Positions 1 to 9,045 are shown, counted from the first letter of the stretch. The stretch is DNA of 64,000 nt from a bacterium (GCA_020444425.1 JAHLLB010000017.1:2099-66098); one strand, 5' to 3'. Translations and numbers: made by a program. The notes: generated by a model from the letters alone, not told the origin.

Positions 1-1865
1 TGGCTTGGCTGTTTCGCGTCGCCGATGAGTCGAACGTGCAGGCCGCGCGCGGTCAGGTCGGCGCTGAGCTCGTCCCGTTTTGTCGCGCCGACCGCCACCA
101 CGACGTTGTCGAATGGGCCAAGCTGGGAGGTTTCGCCGTCCGTTTCGATTGTGGCCATGCCGTTTTCGTACGCGAGGATCCTGGTGCTGGTGTAAACCGG
201 GACAGCCTTGGCGTTCAACTGTTTCAGCGCCAGCTTGCGGCTGACGGGCTCCATGTCGCGTGCGATGTCTTCGAGCATTTCCACGATCACCGGCTCGCCG
301 CCGTGCGTGAGCAGGTATTCGGCGGTTTCGACACCGACCAGCCCGCCGCCGACAATCAACACCCGTTTCCCGACATTGGCCGCGCCGTACAGGATGTCGG
401 ACCCGCTGAGCGCGTTCTCAAGGCCGGGCAGGGGGATGCGTGTAGGCACCGACCCGGTGGCGATCAGGACGTCGTCCGGGTCTTCCGCCACGATCATCTC
501 GACCGTGGCGCGAGTGTTGAGCCGGATGTCGACGTTCGAGTGCAGAATTTCGCGCAGGCGTGATTCGTACGGCGCTCGCATGCTGTGTTTGCCGGGTACC
601 AGGAACGCCAGCTCGAACTGACCGCCGAGGTGATCGCGTTCTTCGAACAGGACGACGTCGTGGCCCTGCTGTTCCGCGGTCAGGGCAGCCTGGATGCCGG
701 CGGGTCCGCCGCCGATGACGACGACTTTCTTGCGCGTGCCGGGTGTGGGAATGTCGCGTCCCTCGGCACCAACTTCGGCGTTGATGATGCAGCCGATGCC
801 GACGCCGGTCTTGACCTTGAGCAGGCAGCCCTGCAGGCAATGGCCGCAGAGGTTGACATCGTCCGGTTGCCCGGCCAGCATTTTCGCCGGGAGGTCGGGA
901 TCGGCAACCAGCGGACGTCCCATCGCGACCGCATCTGCCATGCCTTCATTGAGCACCTCGGCGATACGTTCCGGATCACCCAGCCGTCCGGCGACAATCA
1001 CCGGTACCTTCACCGCTCCGCGAATCTGCGCCGCCCAGGCTTCGTTCCTGCCCGGCGGCAGCGCCATGTGCTGGTAGTACCACGGAGGCGTGTCGCAGGC
1101 CGACCCGCTGACTACATGCACCGCCTGCACGCCTCGCGTTTCAAGGAACTGCGCGAGTTCGAGGGCGTCGTCAATGGTCAACCCGCCGTCCACCATTTCG
1201 GATGCTGACAGCCGTCCGATGATCGGAAACTCCGGTCCAACCGCATCGCGAACGGAGGTTAGCACTTCGCGCGCGAACCGTTGCCTGTTGGCGGCGGAGC
1301 CGCCGAACTCATCCGAACGTTTGTTGGTGCGTTTCGACCAGAACTGGCTGACGAGATAGCCGAGGCCGAACTGGACCTCGACGGCGTCATACCCAGCCTG
1401 CTTGACCCGTCGGGCGGTGGACCCGAACGCGGTGACGATCTCGGCGATCCGGGCGGCGGTTAACTCCTCCGGTGTCTGGCCGGTTGACGGGCAGGGAACA
1501 GGCGACGGCGCTTCCGGCGGCGATCCGCTGGCTTTAGGGTTGGCTGCCCGGCCACCGTGGTTGATGTGCGCGATCGCGATGGCACCTTCGGCGTGGATCA
1601 CGTCCGCCAATTGCCGCAGACCGTCCAGGTGCTCATCCGAGTGTGCGCCGAGCTGCTTCGGGTGTTCACGCCCACGTTTGTCCACGGTCATCGGCTCGGT
1701 GATGATCGCGCCCGCGCCGCCACGTGCCCGGCGTTTGAAGAACGCGAGGTTTCGGGCGGTGACGTGACCGTCCGGTGTGCCGTAACCTGTCTTGACCGGC
1801 GCCATCCACAGCCGGTTGGCGACGGTGAGTGAGCCGAGTTGAAGCGGATCGTTTGCGCGCATCAT
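1..1865 (-). CDS. NADH:flavin oxidoreductase (Old Yellow Enzyme TIM-barrel) fused to FAD/NAD(P)-binding domain, 2,4-dienoyl-CoA reductase-like; C-terminus runs off window start
   Basis: Manual minus-strand translation from ATG at 1865: MMRANDPLQLGSLTVANRLWMAPV...; internal PWYYQHMALPPGRNEAW region; two Rossmann motifs VVVIGGGPAGIQAA and LIVGGGLVGVETAEYL; no stop before position 1, so absent from the ORF track; the plus-strand ORFs 36..563 and 585..1208 are antisense artefacts. Confidence 0.8.
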   Translation of the reverse strand, partial: MMRANDPLQLGSLTVANRLWMAPVKTGYGTPDGHVTARNLAFFKRRARGGAGAIITEPMTVDKRGREHPKQLGAHSDEHLDGLRQLADVIHAEGAIAIAHINHGGRAANPKASGSPPEAPSPVPCPSTGQTPEELTAARIAEIVTAFGSTARRVKQAGYDAVEVQFGLGYLVSQFWSKRTNKRSDEFGGSAANRQRFAREVLTSVRDAVGPEFPIIGRLSASEMVDGGLTIDDALELAQFLETRGVQAVHVVSGSACDTPPWYYQHMALPPGRNEAWAAQIRGAVKVPVIVAGRLGDPERIAEVLNEGMADAVAMGRPLVADPDLPAKMLAGQPDDVNLCGHCLQGCLLKVKTGVGIGCIINAEVGAEGRDIPTPGTRKKVVVIGGGPAGIQAALTAEQQGHDVVLFEERDHLGGQFELAFLVPGKHSMRAPYESRLREILHSNVDIRLNTRATVEMIVAEDPDDVLIATGSVPTRIPLPGLENALSGSDILYGAANVGKRVLIVGGGLVGVETAEYLLTHGGEPVIVEMLEDIARDMEPVSRKLALKQLNAKAVPVYTSTRILAYENGMATIETDGETSQLGPFDNVVVAVGATKRDELSADLTARGLHVRLIGDAKQPS

Positions 1866-1974
1866 TTCCCCCCAAGGTGTGTGCGTGTTGGCGTGGTCCC
1901 TGTTGGATGCGTGGGCGGGGGGAAAGTTTTCACAAGCGGGAGGATGCGCCGAGTGAAGATCTAAGGGCTTCACA

Positions 1975-2008
1975 TCAAAATGGGACAGCCAGACTTTCCG
2001 GCTGTCCC
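1975..2008 (-). terminator. intrinsic terminator downstream of the M24 peptidase gene
   Basis: Perfect 9-bp inverted repeat GGGACAGCC(1982-1990)/GGCTGTCCC(2000-2008); on the minus strand the hairpin is followed by TTTTGATGTG. Confidence 0.6.
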
Positions 2009-2061
2009 ATGTACAAGTACAAATGGGTATCAATGGATACAAGAATGGAGTCCGCCGCGAC

Positions 2062-3264
2062 TCAGCCGGTTGGTTGGATCTCATACTCCATCGGCGTGAC
2101 GACCTCGGCGGGCTGATCGTTGTGGACGATGACGGTGTCCTCGACGCCGACGCCGCCTTCTGGGAAAATGATCTTCGGTTCGATGGCCAGGACCGTCCCC
2201 GCCTCCAGCGGCTGGTCGAAGCCTTTCGCGATGACCGGCCACTCATCCAGTTCCATCCCGACGCCGTGTCCGATGAAGCGCACCCGGTTGCGTCCCATGT
2301 TCATGAAATTGTCGGCGTACCCGGCGTCGTTGGCTTGCTCAAGTGACCACGCGTACAGCTCGGACGGCACAGCGCCGGCGCGGGTTTTGTCGAGCAGGCG
2401 TTTGTGCAGGTCGACGCAAAAGTTGTGGGCGTCGACGAACTTCGGGTCCAGCTCGCTGACCGGTCCGACGCAGTAGGTGCGGGTCATGTCGGTCATGTAG
2501 CCATCGACACCGGCGGTGTGGTCGCAGATGACCGGCTCGCCGCGTTCGATGACCTTGCCGCCCGCGCCTTTCGGAACCAGCGGGTTGCGTCCCGGCTGGC
2601 CGATGGGGCCGTCGAAGGCGTTATCGACCGCCGCCGACACACCGGCCGCGACGACTCCGCCCGCTTCGGCGTTGAACCCACGGGTGCGTCCGGAGATCTG
2701 GTCGCCATGTTGACGCATGACGAGGTCCATGCGCGCCTGGGCGTCGTATTCGTGCACGCCTTCGCGGATGAACTCGCGTAACGATTCGAATCCGGCGGCC
2801 AATACCTTGCCGGAACGGCGGATGATGTCGAGCTCGGCGGGGGATTTGACGATCCGTTGGGTGCGCACGGTGGCGGAGATGTCGACCAGGTCGGAATCTG
2901 GCCAGACCTTGCGTTCGAGGGCTTTGTACGTTGCGACGGGGAGGACGTCTTCTTCGAGGCCGACGTGTTTCCAGCCAGCGATGCCGGTGTCGCCGCCGAG
3001 CACGGCAAACAGGTGGCCCATGCCCTTGACGATTTCCGGTTGCGCGACGCTGGTGTCGTCGAAAAGATGCAGCCGTCGCCACGCGAAGATGCGTGGGTCG
3101 CCGGTTGCGGGAATGGCGACCGCGCCGGGGAAGACGACGCCGGTGTAGTAGATCATATCGACACGTTGCAGGATCAGCGCACCATCGATGCTCTGTTTGC
3201 GCATCTGGTCTTGCAGACGGCGGATGCGTCCGAGGAGTTCGTCACAGGTGAAGATGGAAGGCAT
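2062..3264 (-). CDS. M24 family metallopeptidase (Xaa-Pro aminopeptidase / creatinase-like)
   Basis: 400 aa ORF; creatinase_N-like N-terminus; C-terminal pita-bread domain with HGVGMELDEWP and metal-ligand context. Confidence 0.85.
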   Translation of the reverse strand: MPSIFTCDELLGRIRRLQDQMRKQSIDGALILQRVDMIYYTGVVFPGAVAIPATGDPRIFAWRRLHLFDDTSVAQPEIVKGMGHLFAVLGGDTGIAGWKHVGLEEDVLPVATYKALERKVWPDSDLVDISATVRTQRIVKSPAELDIIRRSGKVLAAGFESLREFIREGVHEYDAQARMDLVMRQHGDQISGRTRGFNAEAGGVVAAGVSAAVDNAFDGPIGQPGRNPLVPKGAGGKVIERGEPVICDHTAGVDGYMTDMTRTYCVGPVSELDPKFVDAHNFCVDLHKRLLDKTRAGAVPSELYAWSLEQANDAGYADNFMNMGRNRVRFIGHGVGMELDEWPVIAKGFDQPLEAGTVLAIEPKIIFPEGGVGVEDTVIVHNDQPAEVVTPMEYEIQPTG

Positions 3265-3418
3265 GGATGGGTCCGGTCTGGTTTACGAAAAGCAATGCGC
3301 GGGAGTGTAGCGGATGGAAGAAGAGTGGAGCAAGCGGAAAGGGAGCTGGCCGCGAGCGTGATGAGCTAAGCCGGAAGGTGATCCGGCCTTGCTCATCACG
3401 ATTGATCGCAGGCACCGG

Positions 3419-4069
3419 TCAATGATTGCCGGTATGTTGCTCAGCGTTTCCATGCGTGTGCTGCCCGTGCACGACGTCCGCGACGGCTTTGGCAAAGTGA
3501 ATGTAATCGACATATGCTGCTACCCAGGCCCGCCCATCTTCCACGGAGTTTTCCCTTGCTGCGGACAATTCCATCAGGTGGTCGAAACGTTGCTGGACGG
3601 CTTCCCGTGTGTGCGCCGCGATTTTGTCGGCAAATCCTTCGGCGGACCCGTCAACGATCGTCTGGTCCGCCATCAGGATCACCTGGTCGCGAACTGAACC
3701 CGCAGGTTTTAACCCGGTAAACGGTTCGCCCTCACTCGCTCGATGAATTCGCACCAGGGTTTCAAAGAACCAGCGGTCGGCCATTTCGAGCACGTCCTTG
3801 TTCAACTGGCGTATCTCGATTGTTTTGTTGAACGCGTCACGGATAGCTGGCTCATCTGCCGCGTTCACCCACTTCAGAACAGGCGAAACGTCACCATTGG
3901 CCAGCGCGGTTTGTGCGTCGAGAACGACTGGTCCATCCAGCGAATCGCAATGAGCATGTGCCGTGGGGACAATGGATAGCAGCAAAATCCCGGTCAGAAC
4001 GGAACTCAGAGCAGCGATTGTTGATACCCGTGAAGTCATGAGGTTTTTCCTTTCGGTTGGTTGACTCAA
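3419..4069 (-). CDS. hypothetical secreted protein with His-rich C-terminus
   Basis: 216 aa ORF; N-terminal hydrophobic signal (TIAALSSVLTGILLLSIVPTAHA; true start possibly at internal Met ~4039); C-terminal HGQHTHGNAEQHTGNH repeat; no recognisable family. Confidence 0.6.
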   Translation of the reverse strand: MSQPTERKNLMTSRVSTIAALSSVLTGILLLSIVPTAHAHCDSLDGPVVLDAQTALANGDVSPVLKWVNAADEPAIRDAFNKTIEIRQLNKDVLEMADRWFFETLVRIHRASEGEPFTGLKPAGSVRDQVILMADQTIVDGSAEGFADKIAAHTREAVQQRFDHLMELSAARENSVEDGRAWVAAYVDYIHFAKAVADVVHGQHTHGNAEQHTGNH

Positions 4070-4248
4070 TTCAACCTAGGGAGAAAAGAGTTCGGCATAT
4101 TTGACATAAGGCAAAGAGATCTCGGAATGCTGGAACCGGGGAGCTTCAGCAGGTGGCCTCCGTTGGCGTAAAGTGGGCTTTTGTCATGGGAGGGTGAGTC
4201 GTCATTTTGTCGCCAGCAAACAAAATTGTGAACGATCTGGGGTTGAGG

Positions 4249-4815
4249 ATGATGCAGCTTCGTGGACGAGTTGGCTTGGCGGCGTTGTTGCTGATGGCGG
4301 TAATGCTGGCGGGTTGCCTGCCGTTCGGGCAAATGGGGAAGGGCAGAACGCCGGAACAGATTCTGCGGGATGCGTTGCTGAACAGCGTCGAGTTCGACTT
4401 GCAGTCGTTCAGTCCGGACATCGACATCACGCCACAGGGACTGTTCGAACTGCCGAAGATCGATCTCGTGTTCAATGTGGAGATCGGCGTGACGAACAAC
4501 AGCGCGATCCCGTTGTTGGCGAAAGCAGCGGATGTGCGGCTGTTCACCCGCCAGACCGAGTTTACCGAGGCCGAATTAAACGCGGACGACGCCCTCGCGA
4601 CGGCGTCCGTGACGAAGGATTTGGCGATTCCGAAAGGCGAGATGGTGACGGTCCCGCTGCGCATCAAGGCGCCGGTGGAAAAGGTCGGGATGGAACTGGT
4701 CAACCTGATCAACAGCGGCGATTTGTTCTATCGGATTGATGCGCTGATCGACTTCACGTATGAAGGATTCACGTTGCCGTACCAAGTGGTGCTGGACGAG
4801 GGCGGAAATTCGTGA
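4249..4815 (+). CDS. lipoprotein, LEA-2/WHy (water-stress/hypersensitive response) domain family
   Basis: Signal peptide with lipobox LAGC (MMQLRGRVGLAALLLMAVMLAGC); ORF track begins at 4207 but the internal Met at 4249 precedes the signal peptide. Confidence 0.6.
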   Translation: MMQLRGRVGLAALLLMAVMLAGCLPFGQMGKGRTPEQILRDALLNSVEFDLQSFSPDIDITPQGLFELPKIDLVFNVEIGVTNNSAIPLLAKAADVRLFTRQTEFTEAELNADDALATASVTKDLAIPKGEMVTVPLRIKAPVEKVGMELVNLINSGDLFYRIDALIDFTYEGFTLPYQVVLDEGGNS

Positions 4816-4861
4816 GTAGCCGCATTTACCAAGCGAACAAATTCAAGTGCAGGAGGGAACG

Positions 4862-5311
4862 ATGAGTTGGTGGGTAAAATGTACTGACCAGAATTGTCGC
4901 GAACGCAATGTAGCTGCGAATATCGTGGACTTATTGGATAATTGCAGGGACGAATCAGGCATTTTCAGGTGCGCATGCGGTAAGCAAGGCTATGTTGAAA
5001 AGCATTTCAAACTACAGGAAAAAGGCCAAACATGGGATCCGTACCTGGTTGGTGCTATTCGCCTCGGAGAAACAAAGACTGCTACGTATCAACCATTTGT
5101 TTTTCTAACCAGGAACGAAGAAATGAATGATCCTAATGGGCTTTGGTTTTCCTACTACAAGGACACAAGGCCGGAGGGTGGAAGGTTGAAGCTGGGATAC
5201 GGTCCCGGTGGTCCGCCGGTATTAGACAAAGATCAAGTGAAGCGGCTGATTAAAGAACTACTGAAGGTAAATTATCTGAGCAAGCAGGAATTCCTTGACC
5301 TGGTCAAGTAG
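4862..5311 (+). CDS. hypothetical Cys-rich protein encoded in a low-GC islet (orphan)
   Basis: ORF with AGGAGGG Shine-Dalgarno 5 nt upstream of ATG 4862 (MSWWVKCTDQNCRERN...CRDESGIFRCACGK); AT-rich codon usage (aaa, att, tta) contrasting with neighbours; no family recognised. Confidence 0.55.
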   Translation: MSWWVKCTDQNCRERNVAANIVDLLDNCRDESGIFRCACGKQGYVEKHFKLQEKGQTWDPYLVGAIRLGETKTATYQPFVFLTRNEEMNDPNGLWFSYYKDTRPEGGRLKLGYGPGGPPVLDKDQVKRLIKELLKVNYLSKQEFLDLVK

Positions 5312-5363
5312 TCGTCTTGAAATAGACTCCGACTTGCAGTGTGCCTGACTACGGATGCAACAC

Positions 5364-5395
5364 GGCCGCGTCAGTAAAATTTTCTGACGCGGCCA
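5364..5395. terminator. perfect 11-bp stem hairpin (GGCCGCGTCAG...CTGACGCGGCC) between convergent genes
   Basis: Inverted repeat read directly; loop TAAAATTTTC; lies between the 3' ends of the orphan ORF (+) and tlpA (-); only weakly T-rich flanks, so terminator function is uncertain. Confidence 0.45.
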
Positions 5396-5403
5396 CGAAG
5401 TTT

Positions 5404-5462
5404 CTCAAGTCTCAAGTCTCAAGTCTCAGGTCTGATCACTGAGTACTGATCACTGAGTACTG
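5404..5462. repeat. short tandem repeats: heptamer CTCAAGT x3 (+CTCAGGT) followed by 14-mer TGATCACTGAGTAC x2
   Basis: Read directly from sequence 5404-5460. Confidence 0.8.
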
Positions 5463-5469
5463 TCTTTTC

Positions 5470-6027
5470 TCACAGCTTCACGTCTTTCAGCAGCGGACCA
5501 ATCATTTCCATCCACTGGGCCTTATCGCGATAGCCGACGATGGTGTGGGCCACGTCGCCGTTCGCATCGATGATGATCGAGTACGGGATGCCGCCGCGCT
5601 GGCTGGGATCGATCATTTCCTGGTACTGGCTGAACAATGCGCCGTCCTCGCCCATGGCGATCGGGTAGTTCACCGGGTTCTGCGCGAGCCAGTCGTGGAC
5701 CACGCCGACGCCCTTGCGGTCGAGCGAGATACCGACAATGCGGAAGCCTTCAGCCTTGTGCTCGTCATACATCTCGACGAAGTGTGGGATTTCGAGACGG
5801 CACGGCGGGCACCAGGTCGCCCAGAAGTTGACCAGGACGACTTTGCCTTTGTTCTCGTCCAGGCTGAATGTGCCGCCGTCAATGGTGGACACGGTGAAAC
5901 CCGGTTGTTCCTGGGCTGCCTGGGCTTCCGGAACCATGGTGTTCTCGGTCGCATTCGGGCCAAACAGGAAATATGCAGCTACGGCAAACAGTGCAATTGC
6001 ACCGATCAACATCGAAATACGCTTCAT
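5470..6027 (-). CDS. tlpA: TlpA/ResA-like periplasmic thiol:disulfide oxidoreductase (thioredoxin fold, WCPPC)
   Basis: 185 aa; N-terminal membrane anchor; FWATWCPPCRLEIP active-site motif. Confidence 0.85.
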   Translation of the reverse strand: MKRISMLIGAIALFAVAAYFLFGPNATENTMVPEAQAAQEQPGFTVSTIDGGTFSLDENKGKVVLVNFWATWCPPCRLEIPHFVEMYDEHKAEGFRIVGISLDRKGVGVVHDWLAQNPVNYPIAMGEDGALFSQYQEMIDPSQRGGIPYSIIIDANGDVAHTIVGYRDKAQWMEMIGPLLKDVKL

Positions 6028-6031
6028 GACG

Positions 6032-6352
6032 CTATCCGTTCAGTAAGTTGTCGATCTTCTCGGCAAGCTTGTCTTTGGGCAGCAGGCCGTTCACCTGTTC
6101 CCGCACCTCGCCGCCCTTGAAAAACAGGACTCGCGGCACCGACAGAACCTTGTACCGTTGCGCCACTCCCGGCGCTTCGCCAACATCCACCTTGCGAACC
6201 TTGACCTTGCCTTCGTACTCGACGGCAAGCTGTTCCATGATCGGGTCGAGTTTCTTGCACGGCCCGCACCATGTGGCGCCAAAGTCAACTACTACGGGTT
6301 CACCAGACTGCAGAACGTCAGATTCCCAGTTGGCGTCGGTCACTTTTTCCAT
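6032..6352 (-). CDS. trxA: thioredoxin
   Basis: 106 aa; canonical WCGPCK active site and overall thioredoxin length/organisation. Confidence 0.9.
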   Translation of the reverse strand: MEKVTDANWESDVLQSGEPVVVDFGATWCGPCKKLDPIMEQLAVEYEGKVKVRKVDVGEAPGVAQRYKVLSVPRVLFFKGGEVREQVNGLLPKDKLAEKIDNLLNG

Positions 6353-6417
6353 CGGTCCCTCGTCGCTTAATGAGATGCACTCGTATCGAGATGGTTTTTG
6401 GTTCTCTGGAGTCGCGG

Positions 6418-8301
6418 CTATGCACCCTTATGCGTGTTCAGCCAGTCGACCACTTCTTCCGGTTCCATGAACGTGTTGAACCGGGCACGTTCGGTGCCGT
6501 CCGGGCCGACAATCATCACCGTCGGCAACCCGCCAATGTTGTGCTTCTTGCGCAACGCTTCCAGCTCGTCAGTGGACTTGGTGTAGTCCAGTTTCAGCGG
6601 GATGTAGCCCTGTGTCGCGTCGATGACAATGTCCTGATTCCAGACGTTGTGATCAAGTTCGACACACACGCCGCACCAGTCGGCGTAAAAGTCGATCAGT
6701 ACCGGCTTGCCTTCGTCGGCCGCCATCATGAATACGTCGTCGTAGGCGTTCACGTTCCACGGCACGTGGTTTTCGTCCACCTGCTCGGCACCCGCTGCGG
6801 CACCGGAAGTTGCCACCCCGCCGCTGAGGTTGATGTCGTTCATCTCCGCGAGCCCGAGGATTACGTAGAAGATCCCGGCGACAACGGCGACATAACCCAG
6901 CCCCTTGCCAAGCTTGCCGACACCGACCAGCTCAGACCACTTGTTCGCCGCGCCGATGTACAGACCGAGCAGCACGAATGAGGCACCCATCACCAGGTGG
7001 AACAGGGTCGGGCTCAGCAACAGGTTGAGGTAGTAGAGGGCGACGCCGAAGATGATGATGCCGAGGCCCTTCTTGATCTTGTCCATCCAGCCGCCGGCCT
7101 GCGGCAGGGCGGTCATCGCGGCAGTCGAGGTGCCGAGTACGATGAAGAGTACGCCCAATCCGAGCGCCAGGGTCGCCATGTAGAGGAAGCCGAGGACGAC
7201 GTTTCCGGTGTTACCGATCCAGCTCAAGAGGACTAGCAGCGGCGGACCCGCGCAGGGTGCGGCGACGATACCGGTGACACCACCGATGAACATCGCGCCG
7301 ATCAGACCGGACCGTTCCCCGCCCATCATCTTATCCTGGATCGCTGAGGGGACGGTGATGTCGAACGCGCCGAGCATCGACGCGCCCAACGCGACGAAGA
7401 CGGCGACGATGAACCAGAGCACGATCGGGTTCTGCATGAACGCGCCGAACAGCGCGCCGGTCAACCCGGCGATCACGCCCAGAGTTGCGTAGACAATCGC
7501 CAGCCCGATCACGAAGAACAAGCTGAGGATGAAGCCCTTCATCCGGCTGCCGCCCGCAGAACCGCCGACGAAGCCGATAATGATCGGGATCATCGGGTAG
7601 ACACACGGCGTCAGGCTGATCAGGAAGCCAGCGGCGAAGACCAGCAGGAATGCGATCAGGTTGCCGTTCTCGAGAGCGTCGGTGAGCCGGTTCTCGAGCG
7701 ACCCGCCAGAATCTCCAGACACCGCAACCGCAGCTGTTCCGGTAGTTTCCGTTTCCATGTCCGCGAAGGCCGGATGGCTGCTCGGAATGCCGGACGCGCC
7801 TTCCTCGAGCACGGTCAGGTTGATCGTGCCCTCACCACCGTTCGGCAGGAAGCACTTCTCTGGCGGCAGTTCACGGCAGATCTGGTAGCCGTACCAGTAG
7901 GGGATCTCGTAGTCACCTGGCGCGACGGAGGGTGCGACCTCGATGGTGAACATCACCGTCACCGTACCCCGGTACACTTCTTCGCCGGCTTCCAGTTCGC
8001 CGTGCGGCCAGGTGGTGTCGGCGAGGGTGAAGCCGTCCGGCAGGGTCGGCTCCCAGTACAGCAGGCCATAACTCTTGTCGGTGATATGATGATCATTCGG
8101 AACGTCGAGAACGTAGGCGGCCTTGACCGCGTCACCGGCTGCGACGCCGGAAGTTGAGAAGACGACCTCGTAGGGGACCGGCGGTTCGACGACGTCGTCT
8201 TGTGCGTGGACGGTAAATGCGGAAGCGAGCAACAGAGTGGCCATCAACAACAGGGCCGCTGAAGACCGGATCATCGTATCAAATCCCCCAAATCGAATCA
8301 T
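6418..8301 (-). CDS. dsbD: thiol:disulfide interchange protein DsbD (alpha periplasmic domain + TM beta domain + C-terminal thioredoxin gamma domain)
   Basis: ORF 6418..8379. Likely start at Met 8301 (MIRFGG...; GAGGGA SD) or 8271 (MIRSSAALLL signal). Alpha-domain Cys pair CRELPPEKC; TM-domain TPCVYPMIP; C-terminal YADWCGVCVELD thioredoxin motif. Confidence 0.85.
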   Translation of the reverse strand: MIRFGGFDTMIRSSAALLLMATLLLASAFTVHAQDDVVEPPVPYEVVFSTSGVAAGDAVKAAYVLDVPNDHHITDKSYGLLYWEPTLPDGFTLADTTWPHGELEAGEEVYRGTVTVMFTIEVAPSVAPGDYEIPYWYGYQICRELPPEKCFLPNGGEGTINLTVLEEGASGIPSSHPAFADMETETTGTAAVAVSGDSGGSLENRLTDALENGNLIAFLLVFAAGFLISLTPCVYPMIPIIIGFVGGSAGGSRMKGFILSLFFVIGLAIVYATLGVIAGLTGALFGAFMQNPIVLWFIVAVFVALGASMLGAFDITVPSAIQDKMMGGERSGLIGAMFIGGVTGIVAAPCAGPPLLVLLSWIGNTGNVVLGFLYMATLALGLGVLFIVLGTSTAAMTALPQAGGWMDKIKKGLGIIIFGVALYYLNLLLSPTLFHLVMGASFVLLGLYIGAANKWSELVGVGKLGKGLGYVAVVAGIFYVILGLAEMNDINLSGGVATSGAAAGAEQVDENHVPWNVNAYDDVFMMAADEGKPVLIDFYADWCGVCVELDHNVWNQDIVIDATQGYIPLKLDYTKSTDELEALRKKHNIGGLPTVMIVGPDGTERARFNTFMEPEEVVDWLNTHKGA

Positions 8302-8457
8302 GGCTGACTCCCTCGCTGCTGCCGGTGGTGCTGTTTGTTGTCTGTCGGGCAGACAATGTAATCTGTCGTATCCGTGCATGAGAATGCCGTCTCCGGTTCT
8401 CTGGTCATGGTTCGAATGATAGAATTAGGATGCACCCGGCTGAGAGATGATACTGGC

Positions 8458-9045
8458 TCATTGCTCAAGGGGCACGAGGAAGCAGTCGGTGAATCCCCGG
8501 CCCTGGATGACCTGTTTCGCGAACTCGGCGGCGTCGCGTGATTCGAACGGTCCCAGCTGCACCCGGTACAAGCCATCGCCCGGCACGATGGTGACATCGT
8601 AACCCGTTTTATCCCGCGCTCGTTCGGCAGCGCGATCGGCATCCTCGGGATTGCTGAGGCTGAAGACCTGGATAGCGTACGGTTGCGGCGTGACGACGGG
8701 TGGCTCCGGAACGCCACTGATCCGATCCGGACCCAATTCGACGATAAAGGCATCGGGGAATCCGCTCCCCTGCAGTTCATTCATATACGGCTGAACCTCG
8801 TCCCGGGTTTCCCCGTCCCCGGCCCAGACACGGTAGAGACCGTCCCGCCAGTGGATCCCGACCGGTTCGAAGCCGGATCGTTCCAGCTGCGTTTCGGTTT
8901 GCAGAGCGAGGGATTCGTCGCTGACAGCGGCAACCTGAACGTGGAACAGGCCGGCAACCGCGGGTGCCGAGAGTACGCACAGCGCTGCGAGGCCGGCGGA
9001 TACGGCGGGTATGAGCTTACTTTTCCGGATAGAGCTGGATCGCAT
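8458..9045 (-). CDS. SPOR domain-containing protein (two SPOR repeats) with signal peptide
   Basis: Start MRSSSIRKSKLIPAVSAGLAALCVLSAPAVAG at 9045; two repeats resembling SPOR (YRVWAGDGETRDEV..., YRVQLGPFESRDAAEFAKQ); the upstream part of ORF 8458..9327 overlaps the repeat array and is judged non-coding. Confidence 0.7.
   Translation of the reverse strand: MRSSSIRKSKLIPAVSAGLAALCVLSAPAVAGLFHVQVAAVSDESLALQTETQLERSGFEPVGIHWRDGLYRVWAGDGETRDEVQPYMNELQGSGFPDAFIVELGPDRISGVPEPPVVTPQPYAIQVFSLSNPEDADRAAERARDKTGYDVTIVPGDGLYRVQLGPFESRDAAEFAKQVIQGRGFTDCFLVPLEQ

Noticed and set aside
36-1208. Plus-strand ORFs 36..563 (175 aa) and 585..1208 (207 aa)
   Set aside because: They overlap the minus-strand OYE/FAD oxidoreductase gene, whose translation shows unambiguous Rossmann and OYE motifs.
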